Below, one piece after another: positions 18,282 through 28,939 of a DNA stretch of 64,000 nucleotides. Origin of the DNA: a virus; the IMG/VR virus record IMGVR_UViG_3300031251_000004, positions 1 through 64,000 of that record. The stretch is one strand, 5' to 3'. The notes under the pieces are model-generated. The model searched no databases. It had not been told where the DNA came from and saw only the letters and a program-made list of their open reading frames with translations. Made by a program: the position numbers and the translations under genes. Every line of letters starts with the position of its first letter. Within the stretch, counting starts at the first letter, position 1.

Positions 18282-19081
18282 CACCATTCCGATACCCGGG
18301 GGCTAAAAATAAATTACTTCCAATTCTAATCAGTGAAATAGATAAAGTAATCTATACCAGTAAATGTATAGGATTTGCTGATGTATTTGTTGGCGGAGGT
18401 TCTGTTTTGTTAGGCATAGCAAACAAGTACCAAAAAATACATTTATTTGCTAATGATAAAGATTATTGGGTATATTGTTTTTGGAAAATAGTTTCAGATG
18501 AAAATACTAATAGTTTAAATAAATTATTAGATATGATGAAATCATTTCCAACGATTTCATTGTTCAATGAATTGAGACAAAACACTTCAATAGATGAGGT
18601 CGATTGTGCATATAAAGCGATTTTTTTCAATCGTACAGCGTTTTCCGGCATACTCACCAGTGGGCCAATAGGCGGTCAAGAACAAAAAAGCAAATGGACA
18701 GTAGATTGTAGATATAATTTTGATAAGCTACAAAATAAAATATTAAAATGTCATGAATTATTGGTTGGACGAACAACAGTTTCCAATGATGATTTTTATA
18801 ATTATAATATAATGAGTGATAGTAACGTTTTACTATATTGTGATCCTCCATATTTTGAAAAAGGTAATATGCTATATAGAGAAGGCATGACACCTAACGA
18901 ACATAAAAAATTATCTGATTTATTATGTAGTAGAGATGGTTGGCTTTTATCTTATGATGATCATCCAGAAATTAGAAAACTATATATCACTAAAAAAATT
19001 ATAGATCTTTCTGCTAACTACTGCATAAACGGTAAAAAAGTTGACTGGAAAAAGAAAAACGAATTAATAATAACTCCATAG
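18269..19081 (+). CDS. DNA adenine methyltransferase (Dam/D12 class)
   Basis: PFRYPGAK, DVFVGGGSV, FFNR..FSG, YCDPPY. Confidence 0.92.
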   Translation: MATLTPFRYPGAKNKLLPILISEIDKVIYTSKCIGFADVFVGGGSVLLGIANKYQKIHLFANDKDYWVYCFWKIVSDENTNSLNKLLDMMKSFPTISLFNELRQNTSIDEVDCAYKAIFFNRTAFSGILTSGPIGGQEQKSKWTVDCRYNFDKLQNKILKCHELLVGRTTVSNDDFYNYNIMSDSNVLLYCDPPYFEKGNMLYREGMTPNEHKKLSDLLCSRDGWLLSYDDHPEIRKLYITKKIIDLSANYCINGKKVDWKKKNELIITP

Positions 19082-19088
19082 GAAAAAC

Positions 19089-19733
19089 ATGCACGAAAAT
19101 AAAGTAGAATTAATTGGAACATATGGTGGCGACGAAACTCATGCATTGAGTGCATGGACTTCAACGTCAAGAGATTTGACCGATGATAAACGTGGTAGAA
19201 TGGGCAAACTATTAAAAATGCTTGCAGAACAGCACCATCATAGTGTTTTTGAAAAAAGTATGATACATTTTTTAGTTACTACCGAAATTCCAACACATTA
19301 TCAAATCCTTAAACATAGAATAGGTGTCTCAGTTAATGGTGAATCTGCAAGATATAAAGAATTAAAAGATGACAAGTTTTATATTCCAGTTGATTGGGCA
19401 AATGACGAGCAGGTTTTACTTATACAACATTGCGAAGACTCATTAAAAAAATATCACGAATGTTTAGCAAGGTTAACGGTAGCAGGGGTACCAAGGAAAC
19501 GCGCAAAAGAAAGCGCTAGATTTTATCTACCATATGCAAATCAGCTAACCGCGGATATTTCATTTAATTTTAGATCTTTTATGCATTTCGTTGGGCTTCG
19601 TAATAGCGAGGACGCTCAATTGGAAATTAGAGAGCTTGCGCAAAAAATGTTAGAAATTATATTTAACACTGGCAATTTTACCAAATCACTCGAAGGATTT
19701 GGATGGACGGAAGCAAAAATATTTAATAGGTAA
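19089..19733 (+). CDS. thyX: FAD-dependent thymidylate synthase
   Basis: HHSVFE, LKHRIGVSVNGESARY, ARFYLP, NFRSFMHF..LR..AQLEIR. Confidence 0.93.
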   Translation: MHENKVELIGTYGGDETHALSAWTSTSRDLTDDKRGRMGKLLKMLAEQHHHSVFEKSMIHFLVTTEIPTHYQILKHRIGVSVNGESARYKELKDDKFYIPVDWANDEQVLLIQHCEDSLKKYHECLARLTVAGVPRKRAKESARFYLPYANQLTADISFNFRSFMHFVGLRNSEDAQLEIRELAQKMLEIIFNTGNFTKSLEGFGWTEAKIFNR

Positions 19734-19735
19734 AA

Positions 19736-20560
19736 ATGACAAGATCTTTTGATAAAGAATTACTTATGCAAGAGTACCAGGAACTTGGTAGCCTGCGTAA
19801 AATTTCTGCCAAATATTATATTGACAGAAAAACAATATTGAAATTATGTAAGTTATATAACATAGAAGTTTCACATGTAAAAGGTGCTAAGTACAAATAT
19901 TCATATAATGAAGATTTTTTCACGCAAGAAACTGAAGAGGTGTTTTATTTGGCTGGATTCATAGCGGCTGACGGCTGTGTCACAGATCTAGATAATAAAG
20001 GGCGTTCACGAATGTTAATAATTAATTTACAAACGGGAGACACAGATCATTTAGAAAAAATAAAGAAACTATTAAATTCAGACCATCCTATAAAAGATCA
20101 TCGTATTCATCGAGAAATTAATAAATATAATCTTAATCCAACATGGATGAGTTCATTTAGAGTTTGCATTTCAGAAAAATTTTTCAATGATCTTGCAAAA
20201 TTTAATATAATACCACATAAAAGTCTAACATATACATGGCCAGAGTGGTTAAAAAATCATCCAATGAAACATCATTTTATTAGGGGATATAATGATGGTG
20301 ATGGGTGTTTTAGTATGCAAAAATCTAAGCAGCTAATATTTAGTCTTGTTGGTGCTAAAAGTTTTTTGTTAGATATTCATAAATCTTTTGAGGAAGAATG
20401 TATTGGTATAAAAACTAACAAAAAACTAACACCATATAAAAATATTTATGCACTTAAATACTGTGGCAATGGTATTGTAGGTAAAATAAGTAAATATTTA
20501 TACGAGGACGCCACTATTTATTTAGATCGTAAAAAGAATACAATAAATCATTTATTATAA
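19736..20560 (+). CDS. Free-standing LAGLIDADG homing endonuclease with N-terminal HTH-like segment
   Basis: YLAGFIAADGC and FIRGYNDGDG. Confidence 0.88.
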   Translation: MTRSFDKELLMQEYQELGSLRKISAKYYIDRKTILKLCKLYNIEVSHVKGAKYKYSYNEDFFTQETEEVFYLAGFIAADGCVTDLDNKGRSRMLIINLQTGDTDHLEKIKKLLNSDHPIKDHRIHREINKYNLNPTWMSSFRVCISEKFFNDLAKFNIIPHKSLTYTWPEWLKNHPMKHHFIRGYNDGDGCFSMQKSKQLIFSLVGAKSFLLDIHKSFEEECIGIKTNKKLTPYKNIYALKYCGNGIVGKISKYLYEDATIYLDRKKNTINHLL

Positions 20561-20586
20561 CGCTATCAAAGTTTTAGCATACATAT

Positions 20587-23500
20587 ATGATTCAATATGT
20601 AATGCGAGCGTTCAAGACAACAGTCCCAACCGGTCATATCTACTGGGCTGTATTAAATACGCCAGACCTAACTGGTGCTGAATCTGGCTATAATCCTGCT
20701 GATCTTACAAATATAGTAATAGATTACTCGTTTGAAGTTCCAATTAATGGAACTGGTGGAGCAATCCCTCCGGGGCTCGCTGGAGGAGATCTTACTGGAA
20801 CTTATCCAGATCCCAGTGTCGCCAAAATAGCAGGAACTAAGGTAGCAACCACTACCCCGGCAGATGGTCAAGTGCTAACATATGTTGCAGCTAATAGCGA
20901 CTGGGAACCCAAGCCATCAATCGCTGGAGGCGGCAATGCAGGCGGAGATCTTTCTGGAACCTATCCGAACCCAGCTGTATCAAAAATACATTCAGCAACC
21001 GTTCCAGCAGCAGGAAGCTTAACGCCCGGTAATGTACTTCAAGTAAGCGGCGCATCGGCATTAACGTATGCGCCAATAAATCTTGCCGGTGGTATAAACA
21101 CCATAACTGGACAATTACCAACTGGGAATCAAGTTCCCCAAACTGTTGGCGGAGATCTTTCTGGAACCACAGTAAGCGCAACAGTAGCAAAATTAGATGG
21201 CTACGTTCTTTCTGCTCCAAATCCACAAATAGGACAAGTTTTAGAGTTCAATGGATCTACATGGGCACCATCTACAATATCTTCATCGTTCCCACCGAGT
21301 GGTGCTGCTGGCGGTGATCTATCTGGAACTTATCCTAATCCAACTGTAGCAAAATTACAAGGAAGAGCAGTAGCGTCAACCACTCCTCAAAACGGATACG
21401 TTCTAACTTGGAATACGACCAATAGCGACTGGGAACCAGCAAGGACATTTGCTTTTGAGGTTCAACCAAATCCATCATGGAGTCAGCCAACATGGTTCAT
21501 TGATCCATCTGGCGGAAATGATGCTAATGATGGATACACCGTAAGCACGCCAGTAAAAACTTGGGCACAAATCATTTCTCGTTTTGGAACTTATTCTCCA
21601 TTACTTACACAAAATACAACATTTACATTCTTATCCAATCATACAGATAATACTGATCCAGTTATATTTACGCCTTACCTCGGCGGGACTGGCATTACTG
21701 TTATTATTACAGGTGTGCTAAATACGTCAAATCAAGTTTCAACCGGGCCGCTTTCTGGTTTAATTGCTAAAAATAGAAATACTGGAACATTACTAGCGGC
21801 TGCATTAACCAATAATCCAGTACCCGGGTGGTTCGTACATGATATAAACAATGATGGGTACTGCTGGGTATACAAAAATCCAAGCCCCAATGTTGCAACG
21901 TTATCACAACCAATGGAATCTTCAGTAAGCGCATTAGCTGCTGATAATGCTTCTCCATCAGAAATTGATAGCACTGCCACTAATGATATCTATATAGCAT
22001 ACGAACCAATACACGTAAACATTATGCAGATTACAACTCAATCTTCTGGATCAGAAGAAAGTTATATCGCCGGTAGAATTATTATACAAAACTTAGTTAT
22101 TTTTGATCCTGCTAATAGTGATGATAATAACAGCGCCATACTCGGTAATTATGTAGCACTGGCAGAAACAAGAGTGGATAGATACACTATTATTTATCAA
22201 ACTGAGTTATCAAGCGAACTACCAGTATTAAATTGTTTTATAGGAAATGCTATTATCAGTGCAACGGCGTTATTGTACGGCGGTATCTTAGGAAGAGCTA
22301 GTGACGCTGTTGTTGTAGAAATAACAGAAGGATTTTACCCTGTATTAGATGCAGATATCATATTAGCATATGATTTAACTGCATTTTGCAATCTATACGC
22401 AGGATATTACTATATTGAACAAGGAGCAAGATTACTGGCTTATCCAAGAAGTACAATAGAATCATTAGGATCATATGTTGATGGCTATTGTGCTGTGTGG
22501 GGACCTGGCAGTATAAACGTAGATTCAATTTATATTTATAATGATCTACTAACTAACACTGCACAAGGATATTTCAAGCATACCGGATCACTAACAATCA
22601 ATAGTAAATCGACTGCATACTCTTTTGATCCAAGCGGGAATGGTGCGTGGAGAAACAGAATACCAATTACTCCAACACAATTAGATGCATCACTATCTAG
22701 TGGAGGTTTTGCCGGGACAGCACTGATTCCCGGTGGGGGAATAATAACTGCTTTTGGTGGTGATCAACATGGGTATAATTATGCTCCAAGCGATGCATTA
22801 TTAGTACCAAACTGGTGTATAGATCCACAATTTGGTAACGATTCGAATGATGGTAAATCATCGATGACTCCAATTCGTACTTGGGCTGAATTAGTTAGAC
22901 GATGGGGAAGCTCTTCTCCGGTGTTCAATGTACCGGTTACTATTACATTCTTATCTGATCAATTAAATTTCAATGATCCAGTTTATCTTAATCCTGGTTT
23001 TGGTTCTGGTGGCAGTTTAACCATAGTGGGTGCACTACAGCATCAATTTAATACTAACTTATCTGGAGTCATACCCAAGAATCCAACTGCTACTGGACCT
23101 AATCCAGCCGGTTTATTGCAAGCTAATTTAACAACCGCTGCCGATGGTTATGCCGGGTATTTGCTAATCAATAATACTCAGGGCGGAGCCGTTTGCTGGA
23201 TTGACAGTATCTCAAGTGGAATGGCAGTGTTGACCAATCCGTTCGTTCCCAATTACCCAACATATAATACTTCACCTAATCAGGTCAATACCTTTACTAA
23301 CGGTGATGCGATTTCCATTTATCAGCCCACCAAAATTTATGTCAGCGGATTTACCCAAGGCATTGGCGCTGGAACTATTCTTTTCGTTCATTTGTGGTTA
23401 GTTGATCCAACTGGGACGGTCGGAAATACCGAAGTAGCTTTACCGCTTTCTTCGTCTTGTAATGAAACCAGAATGGATGTTTACACTCTATTCAATTTGG

Positions 23501-25452
23501 TTAGTACAGAAGCTACTGTCTCTGCCCTAGTTAACTCTTGGGCTAATGGTGGTGTGAGTATTTTAGGCGGTTCTATGGTGGGTGGAGCGGCTGGTACTGC
23601 TTTAGTTAATTCGGTTGGCATTAACGGATTTGTCGACGGAGATGCTGTTATTCATGGAATTACTTCCTTTGGCGATGCTCAAGGACAAGGGTTTTTTAGT
23701 AATCAAATTGGTTCCGTTTATATAGACAATTCCAGCTTAGCTATTTCCGATAATACTACATACATTATTGGAGATTTATTATTGGACAGTGATGCTGGTA
23801 CCAATTATACCTACGGCATATATGGTCAATATAAATTAAATTTGAACGAGGTTTCCTGTAGACTAACCTATATCAACCCAAGCTCTGCTACATCGTGGTT
23901 TAAGGGAACTCCTACTTTGCTAATGGATGGTCTTCCTTTTGCTAATGCTTATGATCGAACTCAAGATCCGGGAGTTTGGCATCCGGCTCGCGCCCTCACT
24001 CCAGCTAACTTGGACTTACCAGTTATTCAGGGTGGATTTGGTGGATTAGCCATAGGTGACGGTGGTTCTATTATTAGTGATGGCTATCAAACCTCGTCTA
24101 TTATCGTTCCTAGTTTGTCTTTCTTCGTAGATCCTTCTAATGTTAGCGGGCTAGCTTCCGATGGTTATGATGGTCTAACTTCATCAACTCCTATTTTGAC
24201 AATCGCCGAATTGAATCGTCGATATCGTGGTCGTACCATTAATGTTCCCACTACGGTTACCATAATGAGCAATATACTAAGTGGTGATGATCCTCTCGAT
24301 CTTTCAACCATTACCATAACTCCAAGTGGAACTTTATTGTTTGCCGGCACCCCACAAATTAAATACTCTGGCACACTAACATCTGGAACTATTGCAATAA
24401 ACCCACTAGGTAACCAACGACAAGTATTAGAAGATACTGCACTGGGTGCTACTGGATGGGATGGTTATGTAGGAGATATTATAACAAGTTTAACGGCAGA
24501 TGGATATGAGGCGTGGGTCGTCAAATTAGACGGTGTTGCTAGTGCTGATAAGGCTTTTGCTAGTAGGGCATACAACTATAATGCTGGTACGATTGGCGGT
24601 TATCATAGTGGAGATACTTATCAAATAAGCATTGGTAGCGATATGAGGTTAGGAAACATAAGCCCTAAGGCACTAACAGTTTTAAACTTCATACAGTCCT
24701 CCGGACAACTTAATTTTCAAGATTTTAATTTCGTTAGTACATCAAGTGTGTCTATCCCAACTTTCATCGACAATATTGGTATGATATTTATCAGATGTAA
24801 ATTTGGAGATCCTCTTGTATTTAGTGCCGGATCCTGCGCGACTACACTTGAGAATTGTTATGTTGGTAATTTTCCTATACCTCCATCAGGTAATTTTAGT
24901 GATCAAGGTATACAATCAGTAGCGCCAGAGGGATTCCAGTTTGAAGCCGGGGTTTACCAATCTTATCAATCGGATTTTTGTGCTTATTTAGCGCTTACCA
25001 ACGACGTTTATGTGACAGGTTGGGGTATAGAAGTTGGACCATCTAACATAATAACATTGGGTGTAGAAGGTGGTAACCAAACCGGAAACGATGGTGGTGC
25101 ACAATTTCAAGACTGTTTATCATCAGCCATAACACTTTCATCATCGAATGCTACTCTCGGTGCTTACGAGCCGCTTCAAACAATTCTCGCCTGGGGAACT
25201 GGAAACGACGGATATGGCGTGTTAGTCGGGCAAGGCGTTAATTGCTTTGTAGGACCTTCCATTGTCACAGGCGCTATGGGCGACTTCGCTTTCAATACGA
25301 CTAATAATGGTATCATTTCCACTGCTCGTGCTTGGGACGAAACCAGTGGCACTTGGACAGCCCCAATTGCTACCACATGGACAAATCTTTCTAGTAGCCT
25401 AGAAAATAACGCACACAATGTGGCAACTAATTCCGTTATTATTAGCAAATAA
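20587..25452 (+). CDS. Large tail fibre/spike-like virion protein with three tandem modules
   Basis: GGDLSGTYPNP repeats; three (W/F)x(I/V)DP..NDG..P(V/I)xT modules; 10 DGY. Confidence 0.8.
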   Translation: MIQYVMRAFKTTVPTGHIYWAVLNTPDLTGAESGYNPADLTNIVIDYSFEVPINGTGGAIPPGLAGGDLTGTYPDPSVAKIAGTKVATTTPADGQVLTYVAANSDWEPKPSIAGGGNAGGDLSGTYPNPAVSKIHSATVPAAGSLTPGNVLQVSGASALTYAPINLAGGINTITGQLPTGNQVPQTVGGDLSGTTVSATVAKLDGYVLSAPNPQIGQVLEFNGSTWAPSTISSSFPPSGAAGGDLSGTYPNPTVAKLQGRAVASTTPQNGYVLTWNTTNSDWEPARTFAFEVQPNPSWSQPTWFIDPSGGNDANDGYTVSTPVKTWAQIISRFGTYSPLLTQNTTFTFLSNHTDNTDPVIFTPYLGGTGITVIITGVLNTSNQVSTGPLSGLIAKNRNTGTLLAAALTNNPVPGWFVHDINNDGYCWVYKNPSPNVATLSQPMESSVSALAADNASPSEIDSTATNDIYIAYEPIHVNIMQITTQSSGSEESYIAGRIIIQNLVIFDPANSDDNNSAILGNYVALAETRVDRYTIIYQTELSSELPVLNCFIGNAIISATALLYGGILGRASDAVVVEITEGFYPVLDADIILAYDLTAFCNLYAGYYYIEQGARLLAYPRSTIESLGSYVDGYCAVWGPGSINVDSIYIYNDLLTNTAQGYFKHTGSLTINSKSTAYSFDPSGNGAWRNRIPITPTQLDASLSSGGFAGTALIPGGGIITAFGGDQHGYNYAPSDALLVPNWCIDPQFGNDSNDGKSSMTPIRTWAELVRRWGSSSPVFNVPVTITFLSDQLNFNDPVYLNPGFGSGGSLTIVGALQHQFNTNLSGVIPKNPTATGPNPAGLLQANLTTAADGYAGYLLINNTQGGAVCWIDSISSGMAVLTNPFVPNYPTYNTSPNQVNTFTNGDAISIYQPTKIYVSGFTQGIGAGTILFVHLWLVDPTGTVGNTEVALPLSSSCNETRMDVYTLFNLVSTEATVSALVNSWANGGVSILGGSMVGGAAGTALVNSVGINGFVDGDAVIHGITSFGDAQGQGFFSNQIGSVYIDNSSLAISDNTTYIIGDLLLDSDAGTNYTYGIYGQYKLNLNEVSCRLTYINPSSATSWFKGTPTLLMDGLPFANAYDRTQDPGVWHPARALTPANLDLPVIQGGFGGLAIGDGGSIISDGYQTSSIIVPSLSFFVDPSNVSGLASDGYDGLTSSTPILTIAELNRRYRGRTINVPTTVTIMSNILSGDDPLDLSTITITPSGTLLFAGTPQIKYSGTLTSGTIAINPLGNQRQVLEDTALGATGWDGYVGDIITSLTADGYEAWVVKLDGVASADKAFASRAYNYNAGTIGGYHSGDTYQISIGSDMRLGNISPKALTVLNFIQSSGQLNFQDFNFVSTSSVSIPTFIDNIGMIFIRCKFGDPLVFSAGSCATTLENCYVGNFPIPPSGNFSDQGIQSVAPEGFQFEAGVYQSYQSDFCAYLALTNDVYVTGWGIEVGPSNIITLGVEGGNQTGNDGGAQFQDCLSSAITLSSSNATLGAYEPLQTILAWGTGNDGYGVLVGQGVNCFVGPSIVTGAMGDFAFNTTNNGIISTARAWDETSGTWTAPIATTWTNLSSSLENNAHNVATNSVIISK

Positions 25453-25845
25453 CTATCTATACATTGGATAGTGTCGACAGCGCCAGCATAACAGTTTTGT
25501 TTCTTCAAAATTGGCACAAGCCATTGGATAGAATTCATCGCATTCACAACAGCGCATGCCATCAAGCTTGCTATGTATTGCTACGATATTATGTTCCGTT
25601 ATAAAATAAACATAGCTATCTGTAAATCTTTTATCTATTTTATATTTACGAAGGTTATCGGATGATAAGTATACACTACCATCAAGAAAATAATTACTTG
25701 GAATATATATCATATATCCATTATTGTGGATGGATATAATCTCAAATACTTTTTTTTCACAACCGGTCTCTTCGTAAACATTTACGATTTTATTATCTTT
25801 TATCTTGCATACTACTTTATCACCGGGTGAACAATGTAGTCCCAT
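25453..25845 (-). CDS. Hypothetical protein with C-terminal zinc finger
   Basis: CCEC...CWRC. Confidence 0.65.
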   Translation of the reverse strand: MGLHCSPGDKVVCKIKDNKIVNVYEETGCEKKVFEIISIHNNGYMIYIPSNYFLDGSVYLSSDNLRKYKIDKRFTDSYVYFITEHNIVAIHSKLDGMRCCECDEFYPMACANFEETKLLCWRCRHYPMYR

Positions 25846-25867
25846 ATATTATATACGGGATTATTGG

Positions 25868-26347
25868 CTATTTTGTTGGCTCGTTATAAAAATATACGCT
25901 AACGCCTTGTTCTACTAATCCGCTAATTAGTAAATCTTGCAGCTCTGGTATTGCAGAGGTTAGTAGAGTTGATACGTGAACACTTGCTTTTTCGTACTTA
26001 GCTTTTTCACTGACTTTCTTAATAGCTGTCTGTAATGCTTTCTGATCTACCTTACCAGTTTTATCTTGCACCAACATAGATATAACCCATGTATCGCTTG
26101 CCGTAGCTGTTTCGTTTAATGAACCAAGCTTAAAATTCATTTGAGTTGCATACCAATATGAATTATCTTCCTTTACCTTAGCCCACCGTTTTGCTAATAT
26201 CAAACTTAGTGGCGAAGTGAATTTTCCATCTTGACCAACAACATTAAGAATAAAACGAAGTCCTGCATTTTCTGGCGCTAAAACTGATGCGTTGACTATT
26301 TTTGTTTTACCTTGTGCTATGAACCTTTTATCTAATTTATTATCCAT
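25868..26347 (-). CDS. Macrodomain-like protein (divergent)
   Basis: Pattern ILNVV..GKF..LAKRW..FKLGS..WVISMLVQ resembles small phage macrodomains. Confidence 0.45.
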   Translation of the reverse strand: MDNKLDKRFIAQGKTKIVNASVLAPENAGLRFILNVVGQDGKFTSPLSLILAKRWAKVKEDNSYWYATQMNFKLGSLNETATASDTWVISMLVQDKTGKVDQKALQTAIKKVSEKAKYEKASVHVSTLLTSAIPELQDLLISGLVEQGVSVYFYNEPTK

Positions 26348-26356
26348 TTGTGTCTC

Positions 26357-26971
26357 CTAATTTTGATATATCATCAATGTAATTTCTTTTAATTTATTTT
26401 CTAGATCTGACCTATTTATTTTATCCAACTCAAAATGAACTGATTTAAATCCAAGCTTTTCTCCGCCAACAGCATTCTCAATTCTATCATCTAAATAAAT
26501 ACAGTTTTTAAAATCAGGGTATATATCTAAAAATGTTTTATAGTATAAATAACTGGGCTTTCTGGCTCCAACTTCACAACTAAAAAACCTTATACTATTA
26601 TCATATACTTTTGATCCTAGAACTGATTTTATCAGTTCAGCGTGTTCTATACCTATATTACTAAGCAATGCAATTTTTATGTCAAAATCTAATAAATCTT
26701 CTAAAAAACCTATCATAACAGCGTCAGCTGTTATAACCATATCCCATTCTTTTAGTAAATCTTTAATTATGACAGGGGATTTTATTTTAAAATGATCTCT
26801 GAGTTCATCTGATATTTGAGTAAGCCCAAGATCGTGTAATTTTGTGGTTCTATGCAAGAAATAATTTACATCTTCTAATGGAAGATTAAGTGTTCTAGAT
26901 AGCTTATCAATAAAGTTATCAAACTTCACATTACAAATAACATTACCAAGATCAACTGCTAAATAGTTCAT
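26357..26971 (-). CDS. HAD-family hydrolase
   Basis: VDLGNV, LLSN, RKP, YLDDRIEN. Confidence 0.85.
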   Translation of the reverse strand: MNYLAVDLGNVICNVKFDNFIDKLSRTLNLPLEDVNYFLHRTTKLHDLGLTQISDELRDHFKIKSPVIIKDLLKEWDMVITADAVMIGFLEDLLDFDIKIALLSNIGIEHAELIKSVLGSKVYDNSIRFFSCEVGARKPSYLYYKTFLDIYPDFKNCIYLDDRIENAVGGEKLGFKSVHFELDKINRSDLENKLKEITLMIYQN

Positions 26972-27921
26972 AATTCTCCTAAGTGCTCCGATATAAATTT
27001 AACTTTTTCATTCAATTGAATCTCTATTTTATTTGATTGGTTATAATCATTCGATATACATCCAAAATTACAATATTTATTAATCATTGATACAATAACA
27101 GTTTCTATGTCATCATATCTTGGATTACAGATATTATATTTTTGATTATAGAACGCATCTGCCGCGAATGTTGCGGTTCCATCTGATATAAAATATTTAC
27201 AGTTTTCAATGTATTCTTTAATTTGATTTTCTTCTAAAAGATTTTTTACTCTCATGTCATTAAAACGCTCTAATGTAAAAGAAGAAAATAGTAATGAGTT
27301 TTTATTTTTCAACTCATTTATAATGTTTTTATTTGATTTTGGTAATGCTAAAAAATAATCAATTTTTTTAGATCCATCGCCTAAAATAAAATTAGGGCGA
27401 ACCCATTCATAAGTATCAGAAACAATATTATTATATTTGGAATCACCGATATAAGACAAAATGAATCTTCTATTAGAATTATTCAGTAGATTTAAAATAT
27501 AACCATTCTTTCTTGGGCTGGAATCAAGAAGATGAAAATAATTTTTATGTATGCCTAAATTATATTTTATATCATTATTTATAGCATAATATAAATTGAT
27601 TGGGCTAAATTGCCATAACTTAATATTCAATTCTAATGCTATTGTTGAAGTAAAAATCTCAAAATCGGAAATTATTATGTCAGGGCTGAATCTTTTTATC
27701 TCGTTAGAATAATACGAATAATTTCCATTGAAACTAATCTCATTGATATTTGTAAAATTCAATAAACTGTCTAATGTATAATCAACATCAAGATCGCCAA
27801 GTGATTTTTTGAAGGCGGCAGTTTTTATTATGTAATTTTTATGCTGTATTGATTGTAAGAATCGTTTTAGCTGGTAAAAACTACCCAACCTATTCCCAGC
27901 AGCGTATAATATTTTTAGCAT
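26968..27921 (-). CDS. GT-B glycosyltransferase-like protein (MJ1255/VC2487-like)
   Basis: MLKILYAAGN.LG, FSPDIIISDFE, FISDGT..FAADAFY. Confidence 0.6.
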   Translation of the reverse strand: MLKILYAAGNRLGSFYQLKRFLQSIQHKNYIIKTAAFKKSLGDLDVDYTLDSLLNFTNINEISFNGNYSYYSNEIKRFSPDIIISDFEIFTSTIALELNIKLWQFSPINLYYAINNDIKYNLGIHKNYFHLLDSSPRKNGYILNLLNNSNRRFILSYIGDSKYNNIVSDTYEWVRPNFILGDGSKKIDYFLALPKSNKNIINELKNKNSLLFSSFTLERFNDMRVKNLLEENQIKEYIENCKYFISDGTATFAADAFYNQKYNICNPRYDDIETVIVSMINKYCNFGCISNDYNQSNKIEIQLNEKVKFISEHLGEL

Positions 27922-28514
27922 TATTTTTTAGCTAGATTTCTAATAAAATTAGCTTGTTTCAAAAACAAGTCCTTAGTCATACGAACATCTCCTGCGGCAC
28001 GATGTGCTTTCTCTTTTTTGATGCCATACTTCTGAACTAATCCATTCAAGTTATAATATTCGCTTTGTTCTGTTATTCCAATAACATCCATAAATACTTG
28101 AATTTGCATTGTATCTAATGCGTATCGTTTCGAGAACGGAAATGTTTCATTTGCATTAACTTTATTCCACATTGCAACTAACATATCTTTATCAAATCCA
28201 CATATATTATGACCGACAAGAAGCCTTTCTTCGGATGCGTGAAGATCATTCATCAGCCAGTTTTCAATTTCAGCTGTGGCTTTTTCTGCTGGGATATATG
28301 TTTCCCTACCTTCTTTTGTGTTATGCAAAAGATTCTCTAAATTATGACCATTTACTCGCAATGCATCAGGTTGAATGTTATCCGTACGGATGGGCTTAAT
28401 ACACCAAGTTTTTTGATCTTGGTTGGAAAGACGGTAAAACGATACTTCGATTATGTCATGGTCTTGTGTTAATCCGCTAGTTTCGCAATCCGTAATATAC
28501 AGTTCATATTTCAT
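27921..28514 (-). CDS. DEDDh 3'-5' exonuclease (second paralog)
   Basis: TDCETSG, GHNICGFD, LDTM, AHRAAGD. Confidence 0.9.
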   Translation of the reverse strand: MKYELYITDCETSGLTQDHDIIEVSFYRLSNQDQKTWCIKPIRTDNIQPDALRVNGHNLENLLHNTKEGRETYIPAEKATAEIENWLMNDLHASEERLLVGHNICGFDKDMLVAMWNKVNANETFPFSKRYALDTMQIQVFMDVIGITEQSEYYNLNGLVQKYGIKKEKAHRAAGDVRMTKDLFLKQANFIRNLAKK

Positions 28515-28564
28515 AACTACAATTATAGGTAGGAAAAAATTATATACAACTTAGTTATAATATA

Positions 28565-28930
28565 TTATTTTTCAAAAACTTTCTTTAATTCTTTTCTTAA
28601 TCCGGCAAGCGATTTAATCCCAGTTTTTCCCTGACAAATTAAAAAACTAAATCCGCTGGGGGTGCGTAAATATTCTTTTTCTTTTTTAGAAACTTTACTT
28701 CCTTCAAGGACGAAAACAATTTTATTATTTTCAAAAATATTCCATCGTTCATTTTTATTTGCCGACGCTATCCTCTTGACCCGAATAACTTTTTCTACTA
28801 CATACTTCTCTTCATCAAATAAATCATAATCAAATTTACTAAATGTATGTTTTACCTTTGATCCGTCATGAACATATTCAATTTCTGGAACTACTGATGA
28901 ATTAAAATCACTATAATGTTTTTGGCTCAT
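28565..28930 (-). CDS. Hypothetical protein
   Basis: 121 aa with AAGGA RBS. Confidence 0.65.
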   Translation of the reverse strand: MSQKHYSDFNSSVVPEIEYVHDGSKVKHTFSKFDYDLFDEEKYVVEKVIRVKRIASANKNERWNIFENNKIVFVLEGSKVSKKEKEYLRTPSGFSFLICQGKTGIKSLAGLRKELKKVFEK

Positions 28931-28939
28931 TATCCTTCC

